DNA from: Azolla caroliniana | Lineage: Eukaryota; Plantae; Polypodiophyta | Assembly: GCA_043228905.1 (NCBI GenBank) | Contig: JBHGNT010000010.1 | Location: 10,478,001-10,542,000, forward strand | Length of the DNA stretch: 64,000 bases | Reading direction: 5' to 3' | Shown: one piece after another, positions 1 through 11,064 of the stretch | Numbering within the stretch: the stretch's first letter is position 1 | Layout of the letters: each line of letters begins with the position of its first letter | Position numbers and translations under genes: made by a program | Notes under the pieces: model-generated | Told to the model about the DNA's origin: nothing | The model's database searches: none | The model's input: the letters and a program-made list of their open reading frames with translations, nothing else

Positions 1-255
1 TAGGTTGTCTTCTATATTGTCAGACAATAAGGCTGCAAGTGTTCCTAACTTATCCAAATATCCACAACGACCCTAATCTTACAATAACAATGATGCAAAG
101 AGTTTTGCCGACTTGGCAAGGTTTACTCCCGCCAGTACTATAGGTGCAACTACACAACACGGCGAGAGAAAACAAGAACTCGACTGTGTTTAGTTATTTA
201 AGCATGTTAGTAGATAGGGGTATTTTTTAACAAATTAAGGTCAACTACTTACTAC

Positions 256-1665
256 TTGGTCACACACCTCTCCTGGCTTCACACCTCACTCGCGCTCCTC
301 GTCCCGTTCAATTTCACGCGCTTCGACCTTTCCGGTCGGCTTGTCTGCTCATGCGGCCCTTCTCAACTCCCTTGTTGTCGCGGTGTTGGCGCCTCTTTCG
401 CTGCCCTTTCCTCCGCTTGGCCCTCAGTCGATTCGTAATGACCAAATCGTACATTTCGATTGAATCGGTCACTTCCGATTCAATTCCACTTTTGCCCGAT
501 TTGGATGTCTCCAATTCATCTTCTAATTCCAAGCCCTTCACAACATCAGACCACGTCTTGGTCTTGGTCTTTACGCCCTTCTTGGTTGTATTTCCCCTTT
601 GTTCGGCTGTCTTCGGCTCTTCCTTGCGATTACGACCCCTGTTTTCATCTTCGGCTTCCTCAACCGACCCGAAATCGAACTCTTCACCCGATTCGGCATC
701 ACGGTCACTACCGCTCCTTTCATGCTCCTATTCCTATCTCCCCCTCAAGTTCGGTGTGTCGAGGTGACGTAAACCCAGCTCACCTGAGAAATGCCGCAAC
801 TTGTCGAGACCAAGGGGCTTGGTGAAGATGTCGGCAATCTATCGACCCGTCGGAACATACGCCAATTCGACCTCACCAGAAAGGACACACTTGAGGACAA
901 AATGGTAGTGCACCTCAATGTGCTTGGTCCGGGCGTGGAATACATGGTTCTTCGCAAGGTGGATGTTGTTGTGGTTGTCGCAATAGATCATCGTCGGATT
1001 GGACACCTCCACATGTAGATCCCGTAATAGTCGTTTCATCCAAATGACTTCACACATAGCGACAGTCGCCCCTCGATATTTGGCCTCCGTGCTCGACAAC
1101 TCTATTGTCGGTTGCTTCTTACTGCTCCACGCGATCGCCGCACTTCCCAATGAGCATGTGTATCCGGATGTGGATCTACGATCGTGGACATTTCCGGCCC
1201 AATCAGCATCCATGTACCCAACTAATTGTTCGGCTACGCCTCCCCGATACAGCAATGCCATGTCCTTAGTGCCGCTGACATATCATAATATCCTTTGAGT
1301 GCATTGAAGATGTTCGGTCGTGGGTTGTGACATAAATTGACTGATCATTGCAACCAAATAGGTCGCACGCCTTTCTCGAATTTCGGCAAAGCTTTATGTT
1401 TTTATCCAGAGGGGTCGAGATGGGCTTACAATTTGTCATCCCGAACTTGAAGAGCATATTCAGCGTGTAATGACGTTGACTGATCAATATGCCTTCACGG
1501 GAACGGATCACTTCGATCCCGAGGAAGTAATGAAGGTCTCCAAGATCCTTCATTTCGAAAGATGCCACGAGCTGAGACTTGATTTCTTCCAGGTCGGCAC
1601 CGGCGATGACTAAATCATCAACATACAGTGGAAGGCTAACTGGGCCATGTTGACCTTGTTGAATA
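256..1665 (-). mobile_element. Truncated Ty1/Copia 3' fragment (RT end, RNase H, charged C-terminal tail), same group as Copia B
   Basis: ORF 1266..1568 (FEMKDLGDLHYFLGIEV), ORF 839..1261 (DADWAG..DRRSTSGY..WSSKKQ..SSTEAKY..HARTKHIEVHYHF), ORF 314..541 tail (preceded by TWSDVV); stops and frameshifts; no LTR recognised. Confidence 0.9.
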
Positions 1666-3626
1666 CGGGTTTCTAATGGACATATTCACACTGTCTCCTT
1701 TTGTACACACTAGGCTTAGGCTATTTATGTAAATAGTGAGAAGGACAATTGCCCAAGTCAATCAGTATATAAACCGAGTTTGTAACCTAGTTAGTGGTTG
1801 TTGCATTAAGTTGTAATATACTTTATACATTGTGCCTAACCCACCTTGAGAATGGTAGCCTTCAATACTAAGTCTTATGGAGTGTGATCAATTTGAAGTG
1901 TGTCAAGTTGATAACATGTGGATAGGTTGTTTCTTTGTACATGTTTCAATTAATGTAAGTACAATAGTTTATACAGATTGTTTCTTCAGAGGGACGAGTG
2001 AGACAATTTGTGAAATAATTATGCTTATATTGGTACCTTTGAACTTATGTTGTGGTAGTGTGTAGGGTCAAATGCTAGTTATGTACCATGAAGTTTTTAA
2101 CCATAATATGAAAACAAAAACCTAAATTACTTCAAATTAGGATTGTATACAAGACTAGGATTGGAAATAAAAAAATTGAAAGGGAGATTGTAATTAAAAT
2201 GCGAATGTGGGTTTTGAGGGAAGACAATGAATAAGATGTTAGTGTCTAGAATTTTATGTTATGAAAGTCTTTCACCCTTTGGTATCATATTACCAACTTT
2301 ACTATGTACACCACAAATTTTAATTGTATCACTGTTTGCCTAGTGCAGGATGAACCCATTCAATACAAAAAAGACAAGCAAACATAAATTGAAATGAAAA
2401 GCCGAACCCCATAAACAACTGATTCCCGACGTTAAATAAGCTGCCCCAACCATGCCTCAAAGATTCTATTTATACAGTCCAAGCTTTCTAAAGAAAAAGT
2501 AAAGTTTGTACTCAATCTCAGCAAATGTAATTTTCCTACATAAACTTCTATAGGATCAAAGAAAAAAAATCACAGCAAGTGTTGTACAAGGCATTCCAAC
2601 CACATTTCAACCAATGTCATTACTTGTATGTGTGCAAAAGATCCTTCTAAAAGAATATGAAATCAATGTCGAAGAAACTTCAAGTAATGAAAAGACATCT
2701 TAGGTAAAGACCTAGGTCATCACATATAGAGAAGAAACGGACTTGCCAATATTTAATAAACAAGAGATTTCACGCTTTTGATTCCACCAAGAAATAATGA
2801 AAGATGAGTGCAAAGCAAAAGAACCCAACCAACTAAGACAAAGTCATAAGCCCAACGAACATGTTTTGGGTAGCTTCCTTAAACAAGCATTGGATCATGT
2901 GTCCAAGAATTTAGTTTCTTGCTAATACGGATTCGTATGATTAGTAATTAATGTCAGTCTATTAGTTTTAATGAGTTGATTGAGCCTTTTATTATGTTTT
3001 TGTGATTTAAAAGCAATTGTCTTACACCTTAAATCTCATGTTGAACACCTGTAAGTGGATAGGGTACATGTTCAGAAATTTGAATCAACATACATGAATC
3101 ATTTGGACAACAATCCCCCTTAGAAGTCATGTTTATCAGTGATCCATTCAGTACCCAGTCCTTATAAATTATCTTTATCTCATATGGCTACCCCGAAAAT
3201 TATCTTTATGATTGTTTACCTCTTTCTGAATATAGAACATACATGAATCATTTGAACATTGATTCACCCTCAAAATCATGTTTATAGTTTAATTCATCCT
3301 AGTGCCCACCCCACATGAATGATCTTTATCTCATAGACTACCCTCCATCAATGGTCAAGAATGATCTTTACGATTATCTACCTCGTATATATACCAATTG
3401 AACAGGACAAACCGGTACGAACTTGACTCAAGGCAAGTTGCTTACCTCAACTCATGTAATTGAGCACTTGAGGTGCAACCTCCACCATATTTGCTTCAAA
3501 TATGCCAACCCAAAGGAACTTCTAATGAGTAGTATCTACTCCCAATAGATTTGGATCATTCACAGACTATATGCATTGAAAGGCCACTCGAAACACCAAA
3601 ATTTGCATGAACTGTGGAGTGTCTAC

Positions 3627-6600
3627 TCAGCATTCAATTTTCACAGAACCACTTTCGGAAGAGACGAATCGTGGCTTTTTCCTCACTGATTCGATACATT
3701 GTATGACATCTCCAACTTCGAAAGTCCCGAAATCATCAAGAATCAATCCACACTCATTGCCTTTGCCGACAGCCTCAACATCTAGCTTTTCTCGTTTCAA
3801 CGACTTGAACCTACCTTCATAGATGACTTCACCACTACGCAAAACCTTTGCACTAAATGCTCTTGTGATTCTACCTTCAAAGACACGGCACCCAGCTATT
3901 GTGGCGGATCCTACCTTTGCACTCCCTTTTCCTTTAATCTCGAATATACTCAAGACTTGAGCTTGCCCAGCCACCTGATCTTCCAACACACCAGGTGCCT
4001 TATTCACAATAAGCTGTCCTATGTCTTCCAACAGATGGTAAATCACCCTGTAATGACGAACCTGCAAAACACAAAACACGCATTATTAAACCTTATTAAG
4101 GAAGAAAAAATAAGAGAAAGATGCATTGACATCTCTCAAAGGCCAATGTGTCTCATGAGTAGACCTTGTTTGAACACAGAAAGCAAGAAAGATGTTTAAA
4201 TGTATCTGAAAAATAAGTGTCCTATGAGATGAAAACAGTGTATACAATGTTTTATCAACCATTTGCATGTCTTTCTGGAAAGGACAAAAAACTAAGGATC
4301 TTAAAAATATAAAAAGATGTCTGGATGAGTTGGTAGAAGGCTTACATCTATATTTGCTTGGCGAGTTGCAGCTTCTACAGCAGCAGGCATTGATCGTGTG
4401 TTGAAACAAATGATACAAGCACCACATGTCTCAGCAAGATCTACATCGGATAAAGAAACTGGACCAACTCCGGCATGCACGATGGTCACAATAACCTGCA
4501 GAAGTCAAATTTATTATACGGATTCAGTGTTATTTTGGTCAGATTAACTTGCTACCTTATTGACTTTTGTCCTACATTGAGCACTAAAGAACTTACTTGT
4601 TCACTCGTCAAGGTCTCAAGAGCCTGGGTAACGGCTTGAACTGTTCCTTGTACATCACCTTTAACAACGAGCACCAACTCCACCTTTTTTTCTTCTTTAC
4701 ATTCCTCCATTGAATCTTGCTCAACAGTTTCCTCTTTGTTCTCCTTCTCCTTCTCTTTCTCTTCTTTACTTTGCTTGTTCCCCTTACCCAGTTTAGGTTC
4801 TTTGAGCAATACAGGTCTTACAAATCGTTGAAGTTTTGCATGCTCAAGCCGGTTTCGTCGAGCATCAGTAAGCTTCCTTGCTCTCTCCTCACTAGAGACA
4901 ACAATAACATCATCTCCTGCCTGAGGCAGCCCTTTTAACCCTTCAATCTCAACCGGCATCGATGGTCCAGCAGATTTCACTTGGTGTCCATGAGTATCTA
5001 AGAGACTGCGGATTCTTCCCCATTCACTTCCAACAACGACATGGAGACCAGGTGTTAGCAAACCATTGCGAACCACCGCAGTTGCTAATGGACCTCGGCC
5101 CCTATCGAGCCGTGCTTCCACTACAACTGCATGAATATCTCCACCCATATCAGCCTTTAGATCCATTAGCTCCGCAAGAAGCAACAATGACTCCTCCAGC
5201 TTATCTAGACCCATCTTTGTTGTTGCTGATATCTCTACCACCTGGACATCACCTCCCATGTCCTCTAGCTCAACACCTTCAGCAGCAAGTTGTTCACGAA
5301 CTCTAGCTGGGTTAGCATCTGATCTGTCACACTTATTTATGGCCACCACAAGTGGGACATGTGCAGCTTGAGCATGAGATAGAGCTTCACGTGTCTGCGG
5401 CATAACTCCATCATCAGCAGCAACTACAAGTACTACAATGTCAGTCACAGCTGCACCACGAGCCCTCATGGCACTAAATGCAGCATGTCCTGGTGTATCT
5501 AAGAAAGTGAGAGACGCCCCTGATGACATTTTAACCACAAATGCACCTATATGCTGGGTTATCCCACCAGCCTCGTGTGCCGCAACAGAGGTCTGACGCA
5601 ATGCATCTAGGAGCGATGTTTTACCATGGTCAACATGACCCATGACAGTTACGACAGCAGGTCTTGTCACAAGCTTACCTTTGACAGAAGACAATGCCAA
5701 AGCATCATTTTTAGCTGAGTCAAAGTGGATCCGCTTGACATCATAGTCTAGTTCCTTCATTGATCCATAACAAAAAAACATTTCAGGTCTCACAATCATA
5801 ACTCACAGAGGTCTATATAAATGAAGGATAAGTCATGCAGTAGAATAGATCACAAAATGCACAAACACAGGATACATCTACGCTAATGAAATGAAATATA
5901 AGTGGAAGAGTGGGTATTAGATATGCAAACATAACAAACACATAAATGTATATATATAAATGGCGGTATCTACTAGCTATGTCCACATGCAGTCTTTCAG
6001 CACACTTACAAAACTACTGACTTACATAGGCAACTAATTCCGCTGCATCAATTTTAATGGCATCCGTTGCACGGTTAACCAGCTCTCCAAACCCCACAAG
6101 TAATCCCTGAACTGATTCCACTGTTTGGCCCAATTGATCAGCCAACTGCTTTACTGACATCCCATGAAACACTTTTGCCACCTTCACTGTCGAACCTCCC
6201 CGCACCGAAGTGCTAGGTGGCGGAACATAAGGTTTATCGGTTGGTGGAGGCTTTGGTACTCTGATCTTTCTTATTCCTGGAGTTGCATTGGGTTTTGTTG
6301 TGCTTGGTTTTGGCCTTGCCTGAAGTATTGCTGAACAATGAATCATGTACGCATTCCACTTGTGACTTGAAACATAGTAGCCCTGGAAAATCTAGATGGT
6401 AAAGAACATTTGAAAGCTGGAAGGATGCATTTGCAAATATGCAACAGTCCAGATTACATTGACATAAATATGATTTCAATAATATAGTAATAACATACAT
6501 AAACACGACACAAGCTGGTTTTTATTGCAGCTTATCATGCATATTTGTTTCATGTCGTTTTCCATGAGTTAGTAGAGAATACTTAGTCCTGCACAAGCCA

Positions 6601-7090
6601 GGAAGTCGTTATTGAACCTAATTTCACAATGTAGCCAAAAAGTGGTGTATGAGGCACCATGTAAGCACAACTAAGAAAAATACCAATGTTAAGAACATTA
6701 GTCTCAATGCATGATATCATGGGTGGTACTACTTGATATAAATCAATCAAACCCAAATGAGAGCACATTACTGGGAGGGCTCTTTCTTGCACTGCCTACC
6801 CCTTGACAGATATGTAGGGTTTATTTTTGTTACCATCCTGGGAGATAACTTATTTATATTTATATTTATTTTTGTTTATTCTCCTCTAAGGTGAGATAAC
6901 TTTTCAGATTTAGCCTATGGGTCTCATAGGTCAGTTCGCACTTTATGAGACATTGCTATATCTTTCTTTCTTCTTCCTCTCCCTCATCTTCTGTATAATA
7001 ATGGCACACCTGAATAGATCTTGAAGTGTGAGCAGCAGTATATGTAGAACGTAGATAGCCATAGAGAAACTTCCACGTAGCGTGTGCCAT
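3627..7090 (-). CDS. IF2: Translation initiation factor IF-2, organellar (likely mitochondrial). Coding exons 7090-7010, 6382-6026, 5754-4597, 4495-4346, 4061-3627 (about 726 aa)
   Basis: G-domain motifs [34 protein letters not shown]; domain III KGDVQG; C-terminal GNECG. All four introns are GT..AG, phase 0, and join into one open frame. N-terminus [27 protein letters not shown] is R/S/T-rich and acid-free (presequence-like). The 7090-7010 exon is less certain than the others. Confidence 0.92.
6830..6990 (+). mobile_element. LINE 3' end remnant inside an IF2 intron
   Basis: GGTCTCATAGGTCA...ATGAGAC..ATATCTTTCTTTC matches the LINE 3' termini at about 7760, 8865, 9340 and 46700. Confidence 0.55.
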
Positions 7091-7459
7091 GTATATGAAC
7101 CTGAGAAACAATTATGACCATGTTAGACTCAAATGGTCCTGAGCTTTAGATTTTTAAAAACCTATTTCTTTTACCCCACATTTAACATTTGTATCATATA
7201 TGATATGATGATTTTAAATTTAGACTCATAACTGGTTTAAACCCTAGAAAATGTTAATATCTTCATTTTTTTCCTCTTTCTCCCTCTCTCTCTCTCTATC
7301 TTGTATCTTTAGGAAACCTAGACCTTTTAATTTTATTGCAGTATGGAGAGCTTGAACTCCCCCATATTTGTAATCATGATTTGTCTCATAAGTTGATTTC
7401 AGCCTGTAGTAGACATTAATCTCTCTCTCTGTGGATGCTAAAAAATCTCTAATCTAATC

Positions 7460-7871
7460 TTTCTAAATATATATATAATAATGGAGAGGCCGATATGTCA
7501 ACCGATACAGGCCATTATCTCTGCCATCATAGGTAATTCCCTTTCTTCAGAGATTTTTGCATTCTGAATTGACCTATGCTAGAGATCTTTCAAAGGAAAA
7601 AAACATACCTGCCTTGAGAATCTTACATGCATAGATGACAGGATTCTTTTGTCAGATCTTAATTCTAATTCTATTTACATTTTACTTAGTTGTGTTTATT
7701 TTTGTTTGTTGTTCTCAAGGATGAGACCACATTTTTTAAGATGTAATCTCTTGTTTGGTCTTATAGAACATTTTGGCCTCTTAAAAGACAATATATCTTT
7801 CTTCTTCTTCTTCGCCTTCTTCTTCTTCTTCATCATCATCTTCTTCTTCTTCTTCTTCTTCTTCTTCTTCT

Positions 7872-7926
<55 letters not shown>

Positions 7927-9402
7927 AGAATAGAGTGATCCGCACTGATATTATTAACTTGGAAAACAAGATAACATGGATCAGCCCCAAAATACCACTT
8001 GCTACAAAGATGGCCCACTATAAGACACACTTCTTACACACATCGGAGGATGGATTCATCATCAGGCCACCTTATATGGACATACATCTATCCTATGTGT
8101 TGCGTAGTGTGATAGGGCAGCTGTGAACTTCATCACATCAATTACAGATTGAGGTAAGCAGATATACACGATTACCTCTAGAAGAGAGAATTTGTCAATT
8201 GTGTCATCAAGGAGTGGAATCTGAAGAACACTATGTTTGTCATTGTAGTGTCTTTTACAAAATCAGAGGGAGATACCATTGCCTCTTTAAACAAGGCTTT
8301 GGCCCACTACGCAAGGTAATGGACTATGAGGACCAACAATGCCTATGAATTTTCTTGCTAGAGCTCAAGAGACATCAAGAAAAGTTGTTGAAGAATACAG
8401 CCACACAAGCTCATCCACAAAGAACAATCACAACTTTCTTTAGCCCCATCACTTCTAATGCTACAAGTCAATCACAGATACACAAATGGGCTCCAAACCA
8501 GGACATAACAAAGGGGTTACAATTGATCGGGCAATAGCAATTTGTCATGCACGTAGGCCCCGGCCCCATGGACCACGACCTCAACACCCTTGCCATCGAC
8601 AGATAAAAGCCATTATCTCCCGCCATTGTAGGTGCTTCCCTCAGTTCGAAGACATTTTCATTCTGGATCGACCTATGCTAGAGATCTTTCGAAGACAAAA
8701 GCTACAATATATCTAACATAAGAATCTCACATGTGCCAAAAACCATATTCCCTCGTTTCTTTTCTTTTCATCTTATTTAGTTTTATATTTACTGTGTAAT
8801 ATCTATTTTATTTTGATTTTTTCTCAAAGATGAGACAACACTTAAGATGTAATATCTTGTTTGGTCTTATAGGCCAGTTTGGCCTCTTAAGAGACTTTAA
8901 TATATCTTTCTTTCTTTCTTTCTCATGTTGCACCTAACTACAAAACCTATTCTTCGGGGAACAGGGAAACCGTACACATCGATACATATTAGAGCCCATT
9001 CCATTGGCTTATATTCGAACCATTGCTTCCATGCGACTTAGCTCACATGCATTGCAATGTGAGACGGGACATTGGGGCACAAGTGATGAGAGTGGTCGAC
9101 TATGCACACTTTGCCCTAAACAAGTTTGAGAGTCTGAGTATCACACTTTGATACAATGCTCTGCCTTTGATAATATTTGACCATGCTTTCCACATATCTT
9201 CGACCAAGCCCAATCCTTGCACGAATTTCTCCACAACCACAATGTGCACTCTCGATTGCAACATTCATTGGTAAAGTTCTTGAACATCAAGAGTCACTAC
9301 TCACTTTCACACGTATCACGTGAAATGTAATTTTTTTGGTCTCATAGGTCATATTTGACCTCCGAAGAAGATAATATAATCTATCTCTCTCTCTCTCTCT
9401 CT
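7460..9402 (+). mobile_element. Head-to-tail chain of three 5'-truncated LINE (RTEX-like) fragments in the long IF2 5' intron
   Basis: C-terminal zinc-finger motifs SSHQLQIE..EERICQLC..ESEEHYVCHC (about 8130-8245) and SSHALQCETG..RLCTLC..ESEYH (about 9040-9160); similar 3'UTRs at 7500-7800 and 8600-8920; fragments end in (TTC)n, (TTTC)n or (CT)n tails. Confidence 0.8.
7797..7922. repeat. Compound microsatellite (TTC)n-(CT)n
   Basis: Read directly. Confidence 0.95.
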
Positions 9403-10255
9403 AGAAATAGATATAGATTGGTTCTTTTTGGGAGAAAACCTCCCAGTGGTATGCATACATATGATGCTTAATCAATTGCTAAATGAGTCATATCTCATGA
9501 TCTTTATGGATAGCCATCATGGTGGGCTTACTAAATGGACATATAAAGCGGTCTCCCAATCTTAGGGCTAGTAAAGAGAATGGAGAAGCATTCATGACTA
9601 TAATATTTTATGTATCACTTTATTCATTTATTTCATTGATATTCAATATGGGCAATCATAATACAAGGATTTCAAAGGCCATTTTAGGCTGTCAGAAAAT
9701 ATCTTGCATTCTTTCTCGTCTCTACATAAACATGAGAGCATAATATGGCCTCTAGAGAGAGAGATCATGTGTACATCATCAATTTGTTTATCACTCTTCC
9801 TATGAATTCATCCTTACAGACAGATAAACAAACCTAGGTATCATAAACATTTTTATGTGTACAACTTTTTTTCTTCTAATAGAGTACTATGCATATGACC
9901 TATATTGTGATTGCTAGGTATGCCAATGGTATAGCTCATACTAAAAGGATATATGAGCATATAGACATGTACATGTAATTGTATATGTAATTGTAGTTGT
10001 ATATATGTATGTGCATATATGTATATATGCACATACATATATACAACTACAAAATTTAGGGACCAAACCTACATGTAGAAGACAATGTATGCTGAAATGA
10101 AGCAAAAATTGCGCTGCAGAAACTAATAAGGAAATCAAATAAATTGCAAAATTCACTCACTTCATTTCATACCAGGAAGCAGCGCCATAGTTACACAAAC
10201 AAGGATGACGTTTCAAGAACAAAAAGAAAAAACCAAACTAAAGGCCTGTATTTAC

Positions 10256-10360
10256 CTGCAGGGAAGCACCTCATCGACAGAGAATACACACCCACAAGAA
10301 CGAACAGAGCAGCCTCTCTCTGTTTCTCTCTCACTTACTCTCTCTCTCTTCAATAGGTCA
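10256..10360 (-). other. Probable first (5'UTR) exon of the IF2 gene
   Basis: Strong donor CAG|GTAAAT at 10256/10255 (minus); GA-rich leader; matching acceptor TTTCTCAG| at 7101/7100. The 5' end is not determinable. Confidence 0.55.
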
Positions 10361-10464
10361 AAGTGGGAAGGGGCATTTCCGGAAATAAAGAAACAAGGCT
10401 GTTGGGCTTCTATAGAAATAGAGAGAAATTTCTCTTCTCTCTTATGTTTTTTTCAATTCTAATT

Positions 10465-10975
10465 AGCTTACTCTAGTGGTAGGTTGTTACACTACAAGCA
10501 TTGTGTCTTGGGTTCGAAACCCAAGTTCCTTTTAATTCATACATATCTCTTAATTCACTAGATGCCACCGTGGTATGTAGGGGTTGGACATCCATTGGTT
10601 CCACTATGTCTTAGGTTCGAAACCCAATTTTACTCACCTCCCTACTATATACTTCATACATACATATCTCTTAATTCACTAGATGCCACCGTGGAATGTA
10701 GGGGTTGGACATCCATTGGTTCCACTATATTGTGGGTTTGAAACCCAATTTTACTCACCTTTCTATTATATACTTCATACATATCTCTTAATTCACTAGA
10801 TGCTAATACATATCTCTTAATTCACTAGATGCTAATACATATCTCTTAATTCACTAGATGCTAATATGGAATGTAGGGGTTGGACATCCATTGGTTCCAC
10901 TATGTCTTGGGTTCGAAATACTTTATACATATCTCTTAATTCACTAGATGCCAATATGGAATGTAGGGGTTGAAC
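10465..10975 (+). repeat. Tandem array of about 120-bp units with 29-bp sub-repeats and tRNA-type B-boxes
   Basis: Unit TACATATCTCTTAATTCACTAGATGCCACCGTGG..GGTTCGAAACCC at about 10540, 10661, 10778/10837 and 10927. Confidence 0.85.
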
Positions 10976-11022
10976 CCATTACCTCCTAGTCTCCATTGGG
11001 CTACCTTACTAACTAAGCTACA

Positions 11023-11064
<42 letters not shown>

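Noticed and set aside
3088-3385. About 150-bp diverged tandem duplication downstream of the IF2 stop
   Set aside because: Real but degenerate, with no evidence of function
4552-5799. Bacterial infB or contaminant
   Set aside because: The gene is split by GT-AG introns and has a presequence-like N-terminus
7649-7990. ORFs with poly-F/SL or poly-E/RE runs (also 10970-11267, 46566-46799, 62282-62618)
   Set aside because: Translations of (TTC)n and (CT)n microsatellites
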